Below, one piece after another: positions 19,019 to 28,371 of a stretch of DNA of 64,000 bases; the first letter of the stretch is position 1; each line of letters starts with the position of its first letter. The position numbers and the translations under genes are program-made. A model generated the notes under the pieces. That model made no database searches. It saw nothing but the letters and a program-made list of their open reading frames with translations, and was not told the origin of the DNA. Source of the stretch: Candidatus Aminicenantes bacterium (GTDB taxonomy: Bacteria > Acidobacteriota > Aminicenantia > UBA2199); the NCBI GenBank assembly GCA_011049425.1, contig DSBM01000125.1, positions 1,553 through 65,552 of the forward strand, in the 5' to 3' direction.

Positions 19019-20524
19019 ATGACAGGCAAGAAAAGTGTACCGGTTATCGCAATCCTGTCCGCGGTCCTGCTGTACGCGGGACAACAGCAATCGACGGCAC
19101 GTTTCCTTAAAATCAAGGAACCTGTACTGAATCAGGAGTCGGGCAACCATCTGCTCTTAAGCCTGGACAACCTGTACGAGATGATCCGGTTGGACGAACT
19201 CCAGGATGCCGCCGGTGATCTGGAGATCATCAACACGGACGGCGAAACCGTTGCGCGGCTGGGAAAAGTGAAAAACGGAGAAATCAAGTGGACTTTCCGC
19301 GTGGTAAATGACCAGTGGCTCCTGGTGGAATTCAAAGAAAATGACTACCGAAAAATCCTGGAAAATGTCCAGAGCAACCCAGGTGAATCGGGTTACCTGC
19401 TGCAACTGGTTACCAAGGACATTAAAATCCCGGACGGCCGTTTCGTGATCCGGGACGCAGACAAACGCTACCAGCAGAAGGAATTGAACTACTTGCGTTT
19501 TTACCACCTGACATTCTCGGAAGTCCCCGACCTGGCCGTGGAGATGAAATTCCCCATTCACATTCAGAACGGCCAGGACATAACTGATGAGATTGAAGTG
19601 TCGGTAAAAAACAAAGGCGCCTCCCCTGCTGAGGAAGTTCAGGTGGAATTGCTGCTTTCCGCCCAGAGCCAGTTGCCGCCAACCCCCATTCCCAGTGTCA
19701 CGGTTTTCTCACCGGACGCGCCCTTGCGCCTGGGACGGGTTACGCTAAAGCAACTGGATCCGGGCGAGAGTCGTAAGATTTCTTTTACCGACTCCATCAC
19801 CATTCCCTTTGACGTACCTCCGGGCAAGTATTACATGGCCGTGGTGGCTGACCCGGAAGGAAAACTGAAAGAATATGCCCGCCTGGACAACAGCATTCTG
19901 GGCCTGACCCTGCTGGCGTTTCCCAAACTCCAGAAACTCGAGGTTGGACTGAACCAGGCACAACTGGTTTTCGAACCGGAAAACTACAAGCTCACCATTG
20001 AAAGCCAGGGGGACGTGATTTCGGACGGCAAAGACTGGCGCAAGTGCCGCATGCGTCCCTATATCTTCCAGTTGCGCCATGCCAACTGGCCCGATTATCA
20101 CTGGGAGATCAACACCGTTGACCGGGGCGTCTGGGAAGTGCGCGGGGCCCAGTTCTGCCAGACCGGCGGCCGGGGGCGGGAACTACCCACGCGCATTGAA
20201 GTGGACGGCGGATCACGTTTCACCCAGCCCAGAAGGGTGATCATTCCCCTGAATGACCTGATGTTGCACTTTTTCGGCGACCAGGGGCGTATGCAATTAA
20301 CCGCCTACGGAAGTCCCATCCAACATGGCCCCGCCTGGCGCATCTGCCGCCTGAAGCCATCAGTATACCGTTTCCGTACCACATTGTGGCCGGATTTCTT
20401 TTGGGAGATCGACCTGTTCGAAAAGAGCGGCAGCCGGGTGAGCGGCGTGGATTTTCAACATGAAGGCGGCGAACACCAACCCATGGACGTCATCTTGAAA
20501 ACCGAATACGCCCCAGGCGAATAA
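19019..20524 (+). CDS. secreted CARDB-like domain protein with tandem C-terminal W/C-rich module
   Basis: ORF 18230-20524 trimmed to ATG 19019 (RBS GGGAGG; MTGKKSVPVIAILSAVLLYAG signal peptide); central VSVKNKGASPAEEVQVEL...PGKYYMAVVADP CARDB-like; two ~45-aa repeats WR.CR..P....R...WPD..WEI. Confidence 0.65.
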   Translation: MTGKKSVPVIAILSAVLLYAGQQQSTARFLKIKEPVLNQESGNHLLLSLDNLYEMIRLDELQDAAGDLEIINTDGETVARLGKVKNGEIKWTFRVVNDQWLLVEFKENDYRKILENVQSNPGESGYLLQLVTKDIKIPDGRFVIRDADKRYQQKELNYLRFYHLTFSEVPDLAVEMKFPIHIQNGQDITDEIEVSVKNKGASPAEEVQVELLLSAQSQLPPTPIPSVTVFSPDAPLRLGRVTLKQLDPGESRKISFTDSITIPFDVPPGKYYMAVVADPEGKLKEYARLDNSILGLTLLAFPKLQKLEVGLNQAQLVFEPENYKLTIESQGDVISDGKDWRKCRMRPYIFQLRHANWPDYHWEINTVDRGVWEVRGAQFCQTGGRGRELPTRIEVDGGSRFTQPRRVIIPLNDLMLHFFGDQGRMQLTAYGSPIQHGPAWRICRLKPSVYRFRTTLWPDFFWEIDLFEKSGSRVSGVDFQHEGGEHQPMDVILKTEYAPGE

Positions 20525-20541
20525 CCGGGCTTCCCCGGACC

Positions 20542-20583
20542 AGCCTGCATTTCTCGCAAGGATTGTCGCGAAACGCAGGCTAA
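20542..20583. repeat. palindromic extragenic repeat, short copy (agcctgcatttctcgcaaggattgtcgcgaaacgcaggctaa)
   Basis: Near-palindrome located between convergent stops (20524 + / 20580 -); second copy at 39380-39559; final CTA supplies TAG stop of minus-strand gene. Confidence 0.7.
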
Positions 20584-21230
20584 GGTTGTCCCGACGGTTG
20601 CGTCAGGTTGAACCGGGACAGTTGGTTGACGTCGGAATCGAAAAGAACGGAGTTGACCCGCAGTACATATCCGGTATTGTTGTATTTGTAACCATTATTG
20701 TAGAGATGCAACGCCCGCTGGATATTGCCCTTGGCAACCAGGGAATATTGTTTCAGAATCTGTAAGCCCAGGTCGATGTTGTATTCAACATCAAAAATGC
20801 GGCGACGATCGATCTTTAACTCATCTTTCCAAACCGACAGGTTAACCTGCATCAACCCATAAGCACCGCGATGGGAAACCGCCTTGGGATTGAAAGCGCT
20901 CTCCACCTGGATCACGCCCATGACCAACCGGGGATGAAATCCGTATTCACGGCTTTTTTGGAAGACCACCTGGGCGATACGATCAAACAATGGATAACGA
21001 CGCGCAAAAGCCTGCACCCGGTAGCGGGTGATCTCGTAATCCTTGAGCTGTCTGTTGCGCAAATCAAGTTCTTTTTCCAGCGAGCGCACGCGCTGCTGCA
21101 TCTTTCCCAGGGATTCCAACTGGGATTCGTACTTGCGATTGAACTCGGCAATGGCCAGAAACAACCCGGACAGTCCGGCCACCAAAAGGACGGTGAAAAC
21201 AAGCACCATCTTGCGTACGTTGTGTTGCAT
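20580..21230 (-). CDS. membrane-anchored lytic transglycosylase (SLT domain)
   Basis: 216 aa; N-terminal TM, coiled-coil, then VIQVESAFNPKAVSHRGAYGLMQV SLT catalytic motif. Confidence 0.75.
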   Translation of the reverse strand: MQHNVRKMVLVFTVLLVAGLSGLFLAIAEFNRKYESQLESLGKMQQRVRSLEKELDLRNRQLKDYEITRYRVQAFARRYPLFDRIAQVVFQKSREYGFHPRLVMGVIQVESAFNPKAVSHRGAYGLMQVNLSVWKDELKIDRRRIFDVEYNIDLGLQILKQYSLVAKGNIQRALHLYNNGYKYNNTGYVLRVNSVLFDSDVNQLSRFNLTQPSGQP

Positions 21231-21341
21231 GTCAGCAGATCCGATTCGCCTTTCCGGAATTATACCCCGGCTGGAAAAGGAAAATCAAATTTTTGCATCG
21301 CGATTGACTTCCCTTTGGCAATGGGCTAGTGTGAACAACAA

Positions 21342-23945
21342 ATGCGCCTTCACCGCAAAATCCGCGAGCAGCTCCAACCCGATCCTTCCCGGCTCTCCAG
21401 CGAAGGAGATCTGGTATTGAAATCAATTCCCTGCGCCCGCGGATTTGCCGCACGAATTGCCGCAGCCGCGATGCCCCCACTCGGGGCCGGTGAACTTCTG
21501 GCCGCCTCGCTGATCCACCAGATCCAACACCGGATCATCCGCATCAGCCTGGGCTCAGCCGTTTTGCCGGTAAACATCCTGGCCCGGAAAATGGGACCGA
21601 CCCAATTGGATCAGATTCTTTGCCTGGTTACGACGGATTTCCCACCGGAAGGAGTGTTTTTCAACCGCACCTCGCCCGCCGAGTACCTGGATGGATTGCA
21701 ACGCAGATCACAAATGCTCGAAGAACTCTGGCTGCTCGATCTGGCAACAGCCAACCCGGCTCTGAATCGGGTAAAAGCACTGTTTCCAGTGGAAAAACTG
21801 CTTGCGCAGAAAGTTTTTTCCACCGTTCTGCCCCTACTGGAGTCTCTGCTGCGTGCCACTCCCGATTCAAGCGAGGAAAAGATTGCCTTTCTGCCTGACG
21901 CGTTAACGGCAGCGGTCCGTGCCGCCCCGGACTCCCTGTTTGAGCAACTGGTGGTCTTGAAACGTGAATGGGGAGCCTGGATGCCCGACCTGGCTGATTG
22001 CGTTAACAGCGCGCTGGATTTGGTGGCCGAAGAAAAACCCCCCGCCCATCCTCCACCGCCGCCGAAAGCCACTTACTGGCGCCGCGCGGATGAATCCATG
22101 GATGGAGCGGATTATTTCAGTCATGACAGCGATTGGATGAGGAAGCTCGTGCTGGTGGCCAAGCATGCCCATGTATGGCTGCACCAATTAAGTGTACGCT
22201 GGCAGCGCCCGGTCAACAGCCTGTCAGATATTCCCGATGAAGAGTTGCAACTCCTTGCGGCTCAGGGATTTACGGGTATCTGGCTGGTGGGGCTGTGGGA
22301 GCGTAGCCCCGCTTCACTGCGCATCAAGCGCCTCTGCGGCGACCATGAAGCCCTGGCCTCAGCTTATGCGATCAACCGTTACCACGTCGCGCCCGAACTG
22401 GGAGGAGACAACGCCCTGGAAAACCTTTCACATCGCGCCGCCGGAGTGGGCATTCGTTTGGGGGCCGACATGGTTCCCAACCACATGGGTTTGGATTCAC
22501 CCATGGTCCGAAATCACCCGGAACTGTTTATCCAGCGCAATGACTGCCCCTATCCCGGATATTCGTTCAATGGGCCTGAACTCAGCCCCGAAGCGGAGAC
22601 TTCGATCCACATTGAAGATCATTACTTTGATCATTCCGATGCGGCGGTGGTGTTTCGCATGCATGACCGCAAAGGCCGGCAACGCTATGTGTACCACGGC
22701 AATGACGGCACCCATATCCCCTGGAACGACACGGCCCAGTTGGATTTTCTTCAAGAAAAAGTGCGGCGGATCGTGATGGACCAGATTCGCGGCGTTGCCC
22801 GCCGGGTGCCCATCATCCGCTTTGATGCCGCCATGACGCTGACCAGGCGACACTTTCGCCGCCTTTGGTACCCTGCCCGCGGGCAGGGAGGTGCCATTCC
22901 TTCCCGGGCGGAGTCGGCTCTGGATCAGGCCGCTTTTGACGCCGAAATGCCGGAAGAATTCTGGCGCGGGGTGGTGGATACCATGACAATGGAATTTCCG
23001 GATACTTTGCTCCTGGCGGAAGCGTTCTGGCTGATGGAGAGCTATTTCGTACGCAGACTGGGCATGCACCGGGTGTACAACAGCACCTTTATGCACATGC
23101 TGCGTAACGAAGAAAACGCGGATTTCCGCAAGTACATCCTTTCCATCTGGAAAGAAAACCCTTCCGTTCTCTCCCGTTTCGTTAATTTTTTAAGCAATCC
23201 GGATGAAGAAACAACGGCAAGACAATTCGGCCGGGGAGACAAGTATTTTGCCGCCTGTACCTTGATGTTGACCCTCCCCGGGCTTCCCATGTTCGCCCAT
23301 GGCCAAGTGGAAGGCCTGGAAGAGAAGTACGGCATGGAGTTCGCCGCCCCCCGCAGCAGCGAAAACCGGGATGAGCCCCTGTATCAACACCATAACGCCT
23401 TTGTATTCCCCCTGATGCGGCAACGCCGGCGTTTTGCTGCAGCCGATGACCTGGAGATGTTTTCTTTTCGCACCGATAATGGAGAAATCGACGAAAATGT
23501 TCTGGCCTTTTCCCGCGGACGGGGAAGAGAAACCTTGCTGGTTCTGGTCCACAACTGCTATGCATCCACTGAAGGCAGCCTGCGTGATGGAGACTTGAAC
23601 CCGGGTCATAACCTGACAGACATCTTGCAGATCCCTGCTTCCAGCCACAGAGATCTATATTTTCATGACCTCGTAACCGGAACCCGCGTCATCCAATCCG
23701 CCGCTGATCTGCGGCGCCGGGGGTTGCATTTCCGTTTGAATGCCTATGGACACCACCTGCTTGAATACCGGGGGCCCGTGGACTCGCCTTGGCCCGGGCC
23801 TGCTCACGAATCTGCCGCCACAACCCTTGAAAATTCAAAAAGATCAGCGTATGCTGAATCCAAAATCCAAGAGCCGGATAGGGTGAGCCGCCATGGAAAA
23901 GCGCAAAGACAAAAGACTAAAAAAAAGAAGTCTGATCAAAGTTGA
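21342..23945 (+). CDS. GH13 (alpha-amylase family) glycoside hydrolase / glucanotransferase, 867 aa
   Basis: GH13 conserved regions: I GADMVPNHMG, II IIRFDAAMTL, III LLAEAFW, IV FLSNPDEE; large N-terminal extension of unknown function. Confidence 0.65.
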   Translation: MRLHRKIREQLQPDPSRLSSEGDLVLKSIPCARGFAARIAAAAMPPLGAGELLAASLIHQIQHRIIRISLGSAVLPVNILARKMGPTQLDQILCLVTTDFPPEGVFFNRTSPAEYLDGLQRRSQMLEELWLLDLATANPALNRVKALFPVEKLLAQKVFSTVLPLLESLLRATPDSSEEKIAFLPDALTAAVRAAPDSLFEQLVVLKREWGAWMPDLADCVNSALDLVAEEKPPAHPPPPPKATYWRRADESMDGADYFSHDSDWMRKLVLVAKHAHVWLHQLSVRWQRPVNSLSDIPDEELQLLAAQGFTGIWLVGLWERSPASLRIKRLCGDHEALASAYAINRYHVAPELGGDNALENLSHRAAGVGIRLGADMVPNHMGLDSPMVRNHPELFIQRNDCPYPGYSFNGPELSPEAETSIHIEDHYFDHSDAAVVFRMHDRKGRQRYVYHGNDGTHIPWNDTAQLDFLQEKVRRIVMDQIRGVARRVPIIRFDAAMTLTRRHFRRLWYPARGQGGAIPSRAESALDQAAFDAEMPEEFWRGVVDTMTMEFPDTLLLAEAFWLMESYFVRRLGMHRVYNSTFMHMLRNEENADFRKYILSIWKENPSVLSRFVNFLSNPDEETTARQFGRGDKYFAACTLMLTLPGLPMFAHGQVEGLEEKYGMEFAAPRSSENRDEPLYQHHNAFVFPLMRQRRRFAAADDLEMFSFRTDNGEIDENVLAFSRGRGRETLLVLVHNCYASTEGSLRDGDLNPGHNLTDILQIPASSHRDLYFHDLVTGTRVIQSAADLRRRGLHFRLNAYGHHLLEYRGPVDSPWPGPAHESAATTLENSKRSAYAESKIQEPDRVSRHGKAQRQKTKKKKSDQS

Positions 23946-24201
23946 CGACAAGGCCGGGATGCTTCTGGATATCAGCGAAGACGGCATCAAAGTGGCTTTG
24001 CCTTCTTTGCCGACCCGGCGACAGATCCGCGTCAGCCTCCAACTCGACGGCGAAGAATTCAATTTGTCCGGGACCATCCGCTGGATCAGGAAGACCTTTT
24101 CGGCTCATGGATCTAATGAACTGGGGATCCACATTGAAGATCCTCCTCCGACTTTTGTTACCGCGGTCGGCAGGGTCGGCGGCCCGATTATCGCGCAGTG
24201 A
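23893..24201 (+). CDS. small PilZ-domain protein
   Basis: 102 aa; KRKDKRLKKR...LLDISEDGIKV matches RxxxR...DxSxxG; overlaps 3' end of GH13 gene. Confidence 0.55.
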   Translation: MEKRKDKRLKKRSLIKVDDKAGMLLDISEDGIKVALPSLPTRRQIRVSLQLDGEEFNLSGTIRWIRKTFSAHGSNELGIHIEDPPPTFVTAVGRVGGPIIAQ

Positions 24202-24761
24202 ATCCGCCTGAAAACGCGCCGCCCTTCTATTTGAAACTGGTTGTGTTTTTGGGAAATCCAGGCGATGGATACCGGAACACCCGGCATAATTTCGCCTGGA
24301 GAGTGCCCGAGTTCCTGGATCCGCCTCCCCACGACTGGAAAAAACGCTTCCAGGGAGAAATCAGCCGCTATTCTTTTTCCGGGGGATCCACCTGGCTGCT
24401 CAAGCCCATGACCCTGATGAACCTCAGCGGCCGCAGTATTTCTCGCATGGCCGGATACCTGGCAATTTCCCCAAACGAAATACTGGTCGTTCACGACGAC
24501 CTGGAATTGGACTTCGGCCGCATCGCGCTCAAAAGAGGCGGGGGACTGGGAGGGCACAACGGGCTGCGGTCCATAACCGATTCGCTGGGGACCCGGGATT
24601 TTCTGCGACTGCGGCTGGGCATTTCACGACCCGGCCGGGGCTCAGTCACATCCTGGGTTCTGGGGCGCTTCAGCAAAGAGGAGGCCCGGAAAGTCGATGG
24701 TATCGCCGCCGCCGCCGCGCTTGAAATCAAGCGTTTGCTGCTTGAAGGGGAACGTGGATGA
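24198..24761 (+). CDS. pth: peptidyl-tRNA hydrolase
   Basis: 187 aa; LKLVVFLGNPGDGYRNTRHNFAW and HDDLELDFGRIALKRGGGLGGHNGLRS are canonical Pth motifs. Confidence 0.9.
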   Translation: MNPPENAPPFYLKLVVFLGNPGDGYRNTRHNFAWRVPEFLDPPPHDWKKRFQGEISRYSFSGGSTWLLKPMTLMNLSGRSISRMAGYLAISPNEILVVHDDLELDFGRIALKRGGGLGGHNGLRSITDSLGTRDFLRLRLGISRPGRGSVTSWVLGRFSKEEARKVDGIAAAAALEIKRLLLEGERG

Positions 24762-24910
24762 AGGGGGACGGTTCTTGACAATTTGACATTCTGCATATAA
24801 AACAACGGCACTCAAAATTTCAGTTCAGTCGCTCCCGCAAAAAGAATACCTATATAGGCGATAAAGCCAAAATGTCAAATTGCTTAGCGCACTCAAGAAC
24901 CGTCCCCCTT
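24761..24910. repeat. 150-bp element bounded by 28-bp interrupted inverted repeats carrying TTGACA boxes
   Basis: Left arm aagggggacggttcttgacaatttgacatt (24761-24790); right arm reverse complement identical except for a 10-nt insertion (24871-24910); arms begin at pth stop and encode the last 6 codons of the minus-strand OmpA-like gene. Confidence 0.7.
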
Positions 24911-25945
24911 ACGTGCGTTTGGTGCCCTGCGGATCACTTGCGGAATCAAAAACAACTCCACCCGCCGGTTGCGGCGCCGCCCCGCTTCCGTGGAATTATC
25001 CGTTACCGGCTTGTACTCCCCGTAACCAGCGGCGGTCAAATGCCTGGGGTTCATGCCTTTGTCCGTCAGATATTTCACCACCTCAATAGCCCGGTAGGTC
25101 GACAATTCCCAATTGGATGCATAACGGTCACGGGCATCGGGCCGAATGGGGACATTATCGGTGTGGCCGGCCACAAAGATATCGACTTTATCCACCTGTT
25201 GCAGCAAAACGGGAAAAACCGAATCAAGAAGACGCCGACCGGGCGGACGCAGGCTGTGACTGCCGGATGCGAAGAGGATATCTCCCTGGAACGACACTCT
25301 CAGCTGGCCGTCTTCGATCTTGGTTTCCAAATCCGTCACCGCCGCCTGAAGATCGGTGCGTATGTTTTCCAATTCTCCGATGTAGGACTTCTGTTGATCC
25401 AGACGTTGGCGGTATTCATCCAGTTCATCCAGTTTCTCTTTCAGCAAAAGGTTGCGTTCCTGAAGATCGGTATTGATCTCTTTCAACTCCAGGTTCAGTC
25501 GCGCGACCTTATCGCCCAGAATGCGCCGCGATACATCCAACATATCGGCCATTTTGCGGTTGAACTGGGAGCGTACCGCCCCCAGGGCGGCACTGTCCCG
25601 GTCCGCGGGGCGCAACAGCATTTCCGATTCCGCGGGACGTAGCATCACGCGGTTTTCGCCTTCTTCATCCGCGGCGCCGAGCAAGGCTTCCCGGGTCAAG
25701 CGCTGAAAATCCCGGTCTTGGAGTTCCGCGGCCAGCCGCGTCAGCCCTTCCTGCTCTGCCTCCAGCCGGGCCCTGATCGCGTCACGGGACTCTTTCACGG
25801 TTGCCAGCTCAGTGCGCAATGATTTGCGCGTGGAAAAAACCTGAGACTTGGCAATAGCGTTGATCCCGTTCATCAGGGGTTCGGCCAGGAAACCTCCCAG
25901 CAAAAACACGATGATGCCCAGTGGAATCAGCCATCTCAAGCGCAT
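24893..25945 (-). CDS. OmpA/MotB-family protein (TM + coiled coil + OmpA-like peptidoglycan-binding domain)
   Basis: 350 aa; C-terminal FASGSHSL...VAGHTDNVPI...NRRVELFL OmpA_C-like motifs. Confidence 0.75.
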   Translation of the reverse strand: MRLRWLIPLGIIVFLLGGFLAEPLMNGINAIAKSQVFSTRKSLRTELATVKESRDAIRARLEAEQEGLTRLAAELQDRDFQRLTREALLGAADEEGENRVMLRPAESEMLLRPADRDSAALGAVRSQFNRKMADMLDVSRRILGDKVARLNLELKEINTDLQERNLLLKEKLDELDEYRQRLDQQKSYIGELENIRTDLQAAVTDLETKIEDGQLRVSFQGDILFASGSHSLRPPGRRLLDSVFPVLLQQVDKVDIFVAGHTDNVPIRPDARDRYASNWELSTYRAIEVVKYLTDKGMNPRHLTAAGYGEYKPVTDNSTEAGRRRNRRVELFLIPQVIRRAPNARKGDGS

Positions 25946-25946
25946 A

Positions 25947-28106
25947 TCATCCCTCCTTTGCCGAAACAGCCACTCCCATTTCGCGCACTAGGTGATGGGC
26001 CCCGCTATACTCACTCAGGAACCATAGGATGAAACGGATATCCACTCCGATTGAGCGGCTGAAACGGTCACTCCACGCGTAATCGTTGACGGTGGCTTCG
26101 AAAACGCGATCGAAATTCAAGCCCACCAGCTTGCCCCGGGCATCCAGAACCGGGCTGCCCGAGTTGCCTCCCGTGGTATCACAATCGTACAGCATGGCCA
26201 CCGGCACCTGGCCCGGAACGGGGTCCGCAAAGCCGCCGTCATGGTTTTTGGCCACCAATTGCCGCAAGCGCTCGGGCGCAATGAAAGGCGGTTGACCCCG
26301 ATGCTTCTCCACCAGGCCGCCCAAGGTGGTTAAAGGCGCCATCTTTACCGCGTCAGCCGGGGAGTAGCCGCGGATGCGGCCCATGGTCAGTCGCAATGTG
26401 CCGTTGGCATCAGGAATGAAATCCCGCCCCAGGAACCGGCGCTTGACTTCAACCAATCGAGCCAGTTGCTCGTCCAGACGACCCTTGCGTGCTTTACCCT
26501 CTTCTTCAATCCGATCCAGTACCGGGTGCAGCGCCAGAGCCAAGCGGATCATGGGATCCTTGGAACGCCGGAAATCCTCCGGTTTTGCTTTCAACCACTT
26601 TTCCGCGCAAGCGCGTTCAACCATTTCCGTGTCCCGGAAAATCCACTGGATGAATTGGGGCAATTCCTTTTCACCCAGGGCCGCCCGGATGGGCTCAACG
26701 TAGGCTGAATCCGGCTCCGACAGCACCTGCGACAGCATGTGTTGCGTTAATGCCCGGTCCGCAGGCAAATAGAAGTCACGGTAACCGCGCAGGATTCGTT
26801 GGCTCAAGCGGGTGAAATTGCGATCCATGTAGGCGGACTTACGTTGCAGGTCGGGTTTGCGACGTTCAACAGCGGCCTCGTACAAAGTGTGGGCCGTACC
26901 CAGCAAAAAGGCGGCCCGGGGCAGGTAGGAGCAGGCAAGGCGCGCTTTCCAATCCTGCTGATCCTGTTCGTATACTTTGCGGATTTCATCCAACACCGAT
27001 CCGTACTTTTCCTTCAACTCCGGCTGGGAAAGAATAAACGCCTGAATTTTTTCTTCCTGATTGCGCCGCTGGGCGGTGATTTTCGCTTGCCGCATTCCTT
27101 TCAACTTGCCGCGATAATTTTTCATCACATTCCAGAGTCCCTTGAGCCGGGGAGCCAGTTGAATGGCCGCGTCATGGTCTTCCATACTCATCTTTTCCAG
27201 AACGTTGATCATCCACTGGTATTGAGTCACCACCCAGGGCATGCGGCGGTTCTCTTCAAATTCCAGGAAATAAGATGTGCGGTGCCGGTATGTGCGTCCG
27301 GGATATCCGGGAATGAAAACGAAATCTCCTTCACTGACACCATCGGGATTAACATGAAGATAGGCTTCGGGATGATAAGGCCGGTTGTTTTCGCTCCGGT
27401 CAGCCGGCTCACCATCCGGCCCCGTGTAGGCACGCAGCAAAGCGAAATCCCCGGTATGGCGCGGCCACATCCAGTTGTCTTCTTCGCCACCGAATTCCCC
27501 GATGGAACGGGGGGGAGCGTATACCAGCCGGATATCCCGCAGATCCGTGTAGACAAACAACACATAGGTCTTGCCGGGAAACATCTCGGCCACGGAGGCA
27601 CGCTTGCCGGGATGGGCTTTTTCGGCTTTCTGAACAATGGATTTCATGCGCTTTTCCCTTGCACGGGTTTGCCGCGCATAAGGCATACCCGGGCTTACCG
27701 CGGCCAACACTTGGTTGGACACATCACGATAGGAATCGATGATGCGTACGGTGTAGCCGGGAGCGGACAGTTCTTTGGAGCGGTCTTCTGCCATGAATCC
27801 GTTCTCAAACAAGTCGTTTTCAGCACTGGTGGCGGACTGAATCGCCCGAAACGCGCAGTGGTAGTTGGTCAGGATCAGACCATCCGTTGAAATAAAGGAC
27901 GCGGTGCAACCGCTCAAGTTGATGATACCGTCAATCAGGCTGACCCCATCGGGGTTATACAGTTCCAGCGGATCCATGAGCAACCCCCGGGAAGCCAAAT
28001 CCAACTTGTGAATTTCACTGAGAGGCCACATCCCCTCTTCCGCCTGTAAACCGGTAGCCGGCATCACGACCAGCAACAACAAGCCCAAAGACAAAAAACA
28101 ACGCAT
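25947..28106 (-). CDS. S46 family serine peptidase (dipeptidyl-peptidase 7/11-like)
   Basis: ORF to 28184 trimmed to ATG 28106 (signal peptide MRCFLSLGLLLLVVMPATGLQAEEGMWPL, RBS GGAGGA); GCTASFISTDGLILTNYHC His-box and GGNSGSPV Ser-box of family S46. Confidence 0.85.
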   Translation of the reverse strand: MRCFLSLGLLLLVVMPATGLQAEEGMWPLSEIHKLDLASRGLLMDPLELYNPDGVSLIDGIINLSGCTASFISTDGLILTNYHCAFRAIQSATSAENDLFENGFMAEDRSKELSAPGYTVRIIDSYRDVSNQVLAAVSPGMPYARQTRAREKRMKSIVQKAEKAHPGKRASVAEMFPGKTYVLFVYTDLRDIRLVYAPPRSIGEFGGEEDNWMWPRHTGDFALLRAYTGPDGEPADRSENNRPYHPEAYLHVNPDGVSEGDFVFIPGYPGRTYRHRTSYFLEFEENRRMPWVVTQYQWMINVLEKMSMEDHDAAIQLAPRLKGLWNVMKNYRGKLKGMRQAKITAQRRNQEEKIQAFILSQPELKEKYGSVLDEIRKVYEQDQQDWKARLACSYLPRAAFLLGTAHTLYEAAVERRKPDLQRKSAYMDRNFTRLSQRILRGYRDFYLPADRALTQHMLSQVLSEPDSAYVEPIRAALGEKELPQFIQWIFRDTEMVERACAEKWLKAKPEDFRRSKDPMIRLALALHPVLDRIEEEGKARKGRLDEQLARLVEVKRRFLGRDFIPDANGTLRLTMGRIRGYSPADAVKMAPLTTLGGLVEKHRGQPPFIAPERLRQLVAKNHDGGFADPVPGQVPVAMLYDCDTTGGNSGSPVLDARGKLVGLNFDRVFEATVNDYAWSDRFSRSIGVDIRFILWFLSEYSGAHHLVREMGVAVSAKEG

Positions 28107-28235
28107 GATTTCCTCCTCACCATTTGACCCCAGCCCATCGGCTCGATCCAATCTAAGTTTAGCCCATCCGCTACCCCGGGTCAACCGCGTCCCGTATTGA
28201 CATCCCAGCGGCCATGCGGTAAAATCAGAGTAAGT

Positions 28236-28311
28236 GGTGAGTGTAGCTCAAGGGTAGAGTATCGGTCTGTGGAACCGAATGTTGGGGGTTCAAATCCCCT
28301 CACTCACCCCA
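28236..28311 (+). tRNA. tRNA-His (anticodon GTG) with encoded G-1 and 3' CCA
   Basis: Cloverleaf folded by hand: 8-bp acceptor including G-1:C73, D-stem GCTC/GAGT, anticodon stem TCGGT/ACCGA with loop CTGTGGA (GTG), T-stem GGGGG/CCCCT, TTCAAAT T-loop, CCA encoded. Confidence 0.9.
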
Positions 28312-28371
28312 CCTGTTCCCCATGGATGTTGAGCAACGATTCAGTGTTCCCACACAACGGCCTTTCCTGCC

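Noticed and set aside
28236-28311. Possible tRNA-Sec next to the SelB-like gene
   Set aside because: The tRNA is 76 nt with a normal short variable loop and anticodon GTG plus G-1:C73, i.e. tRNA-His, not the ~95-nt UCA tRNA-Sec.
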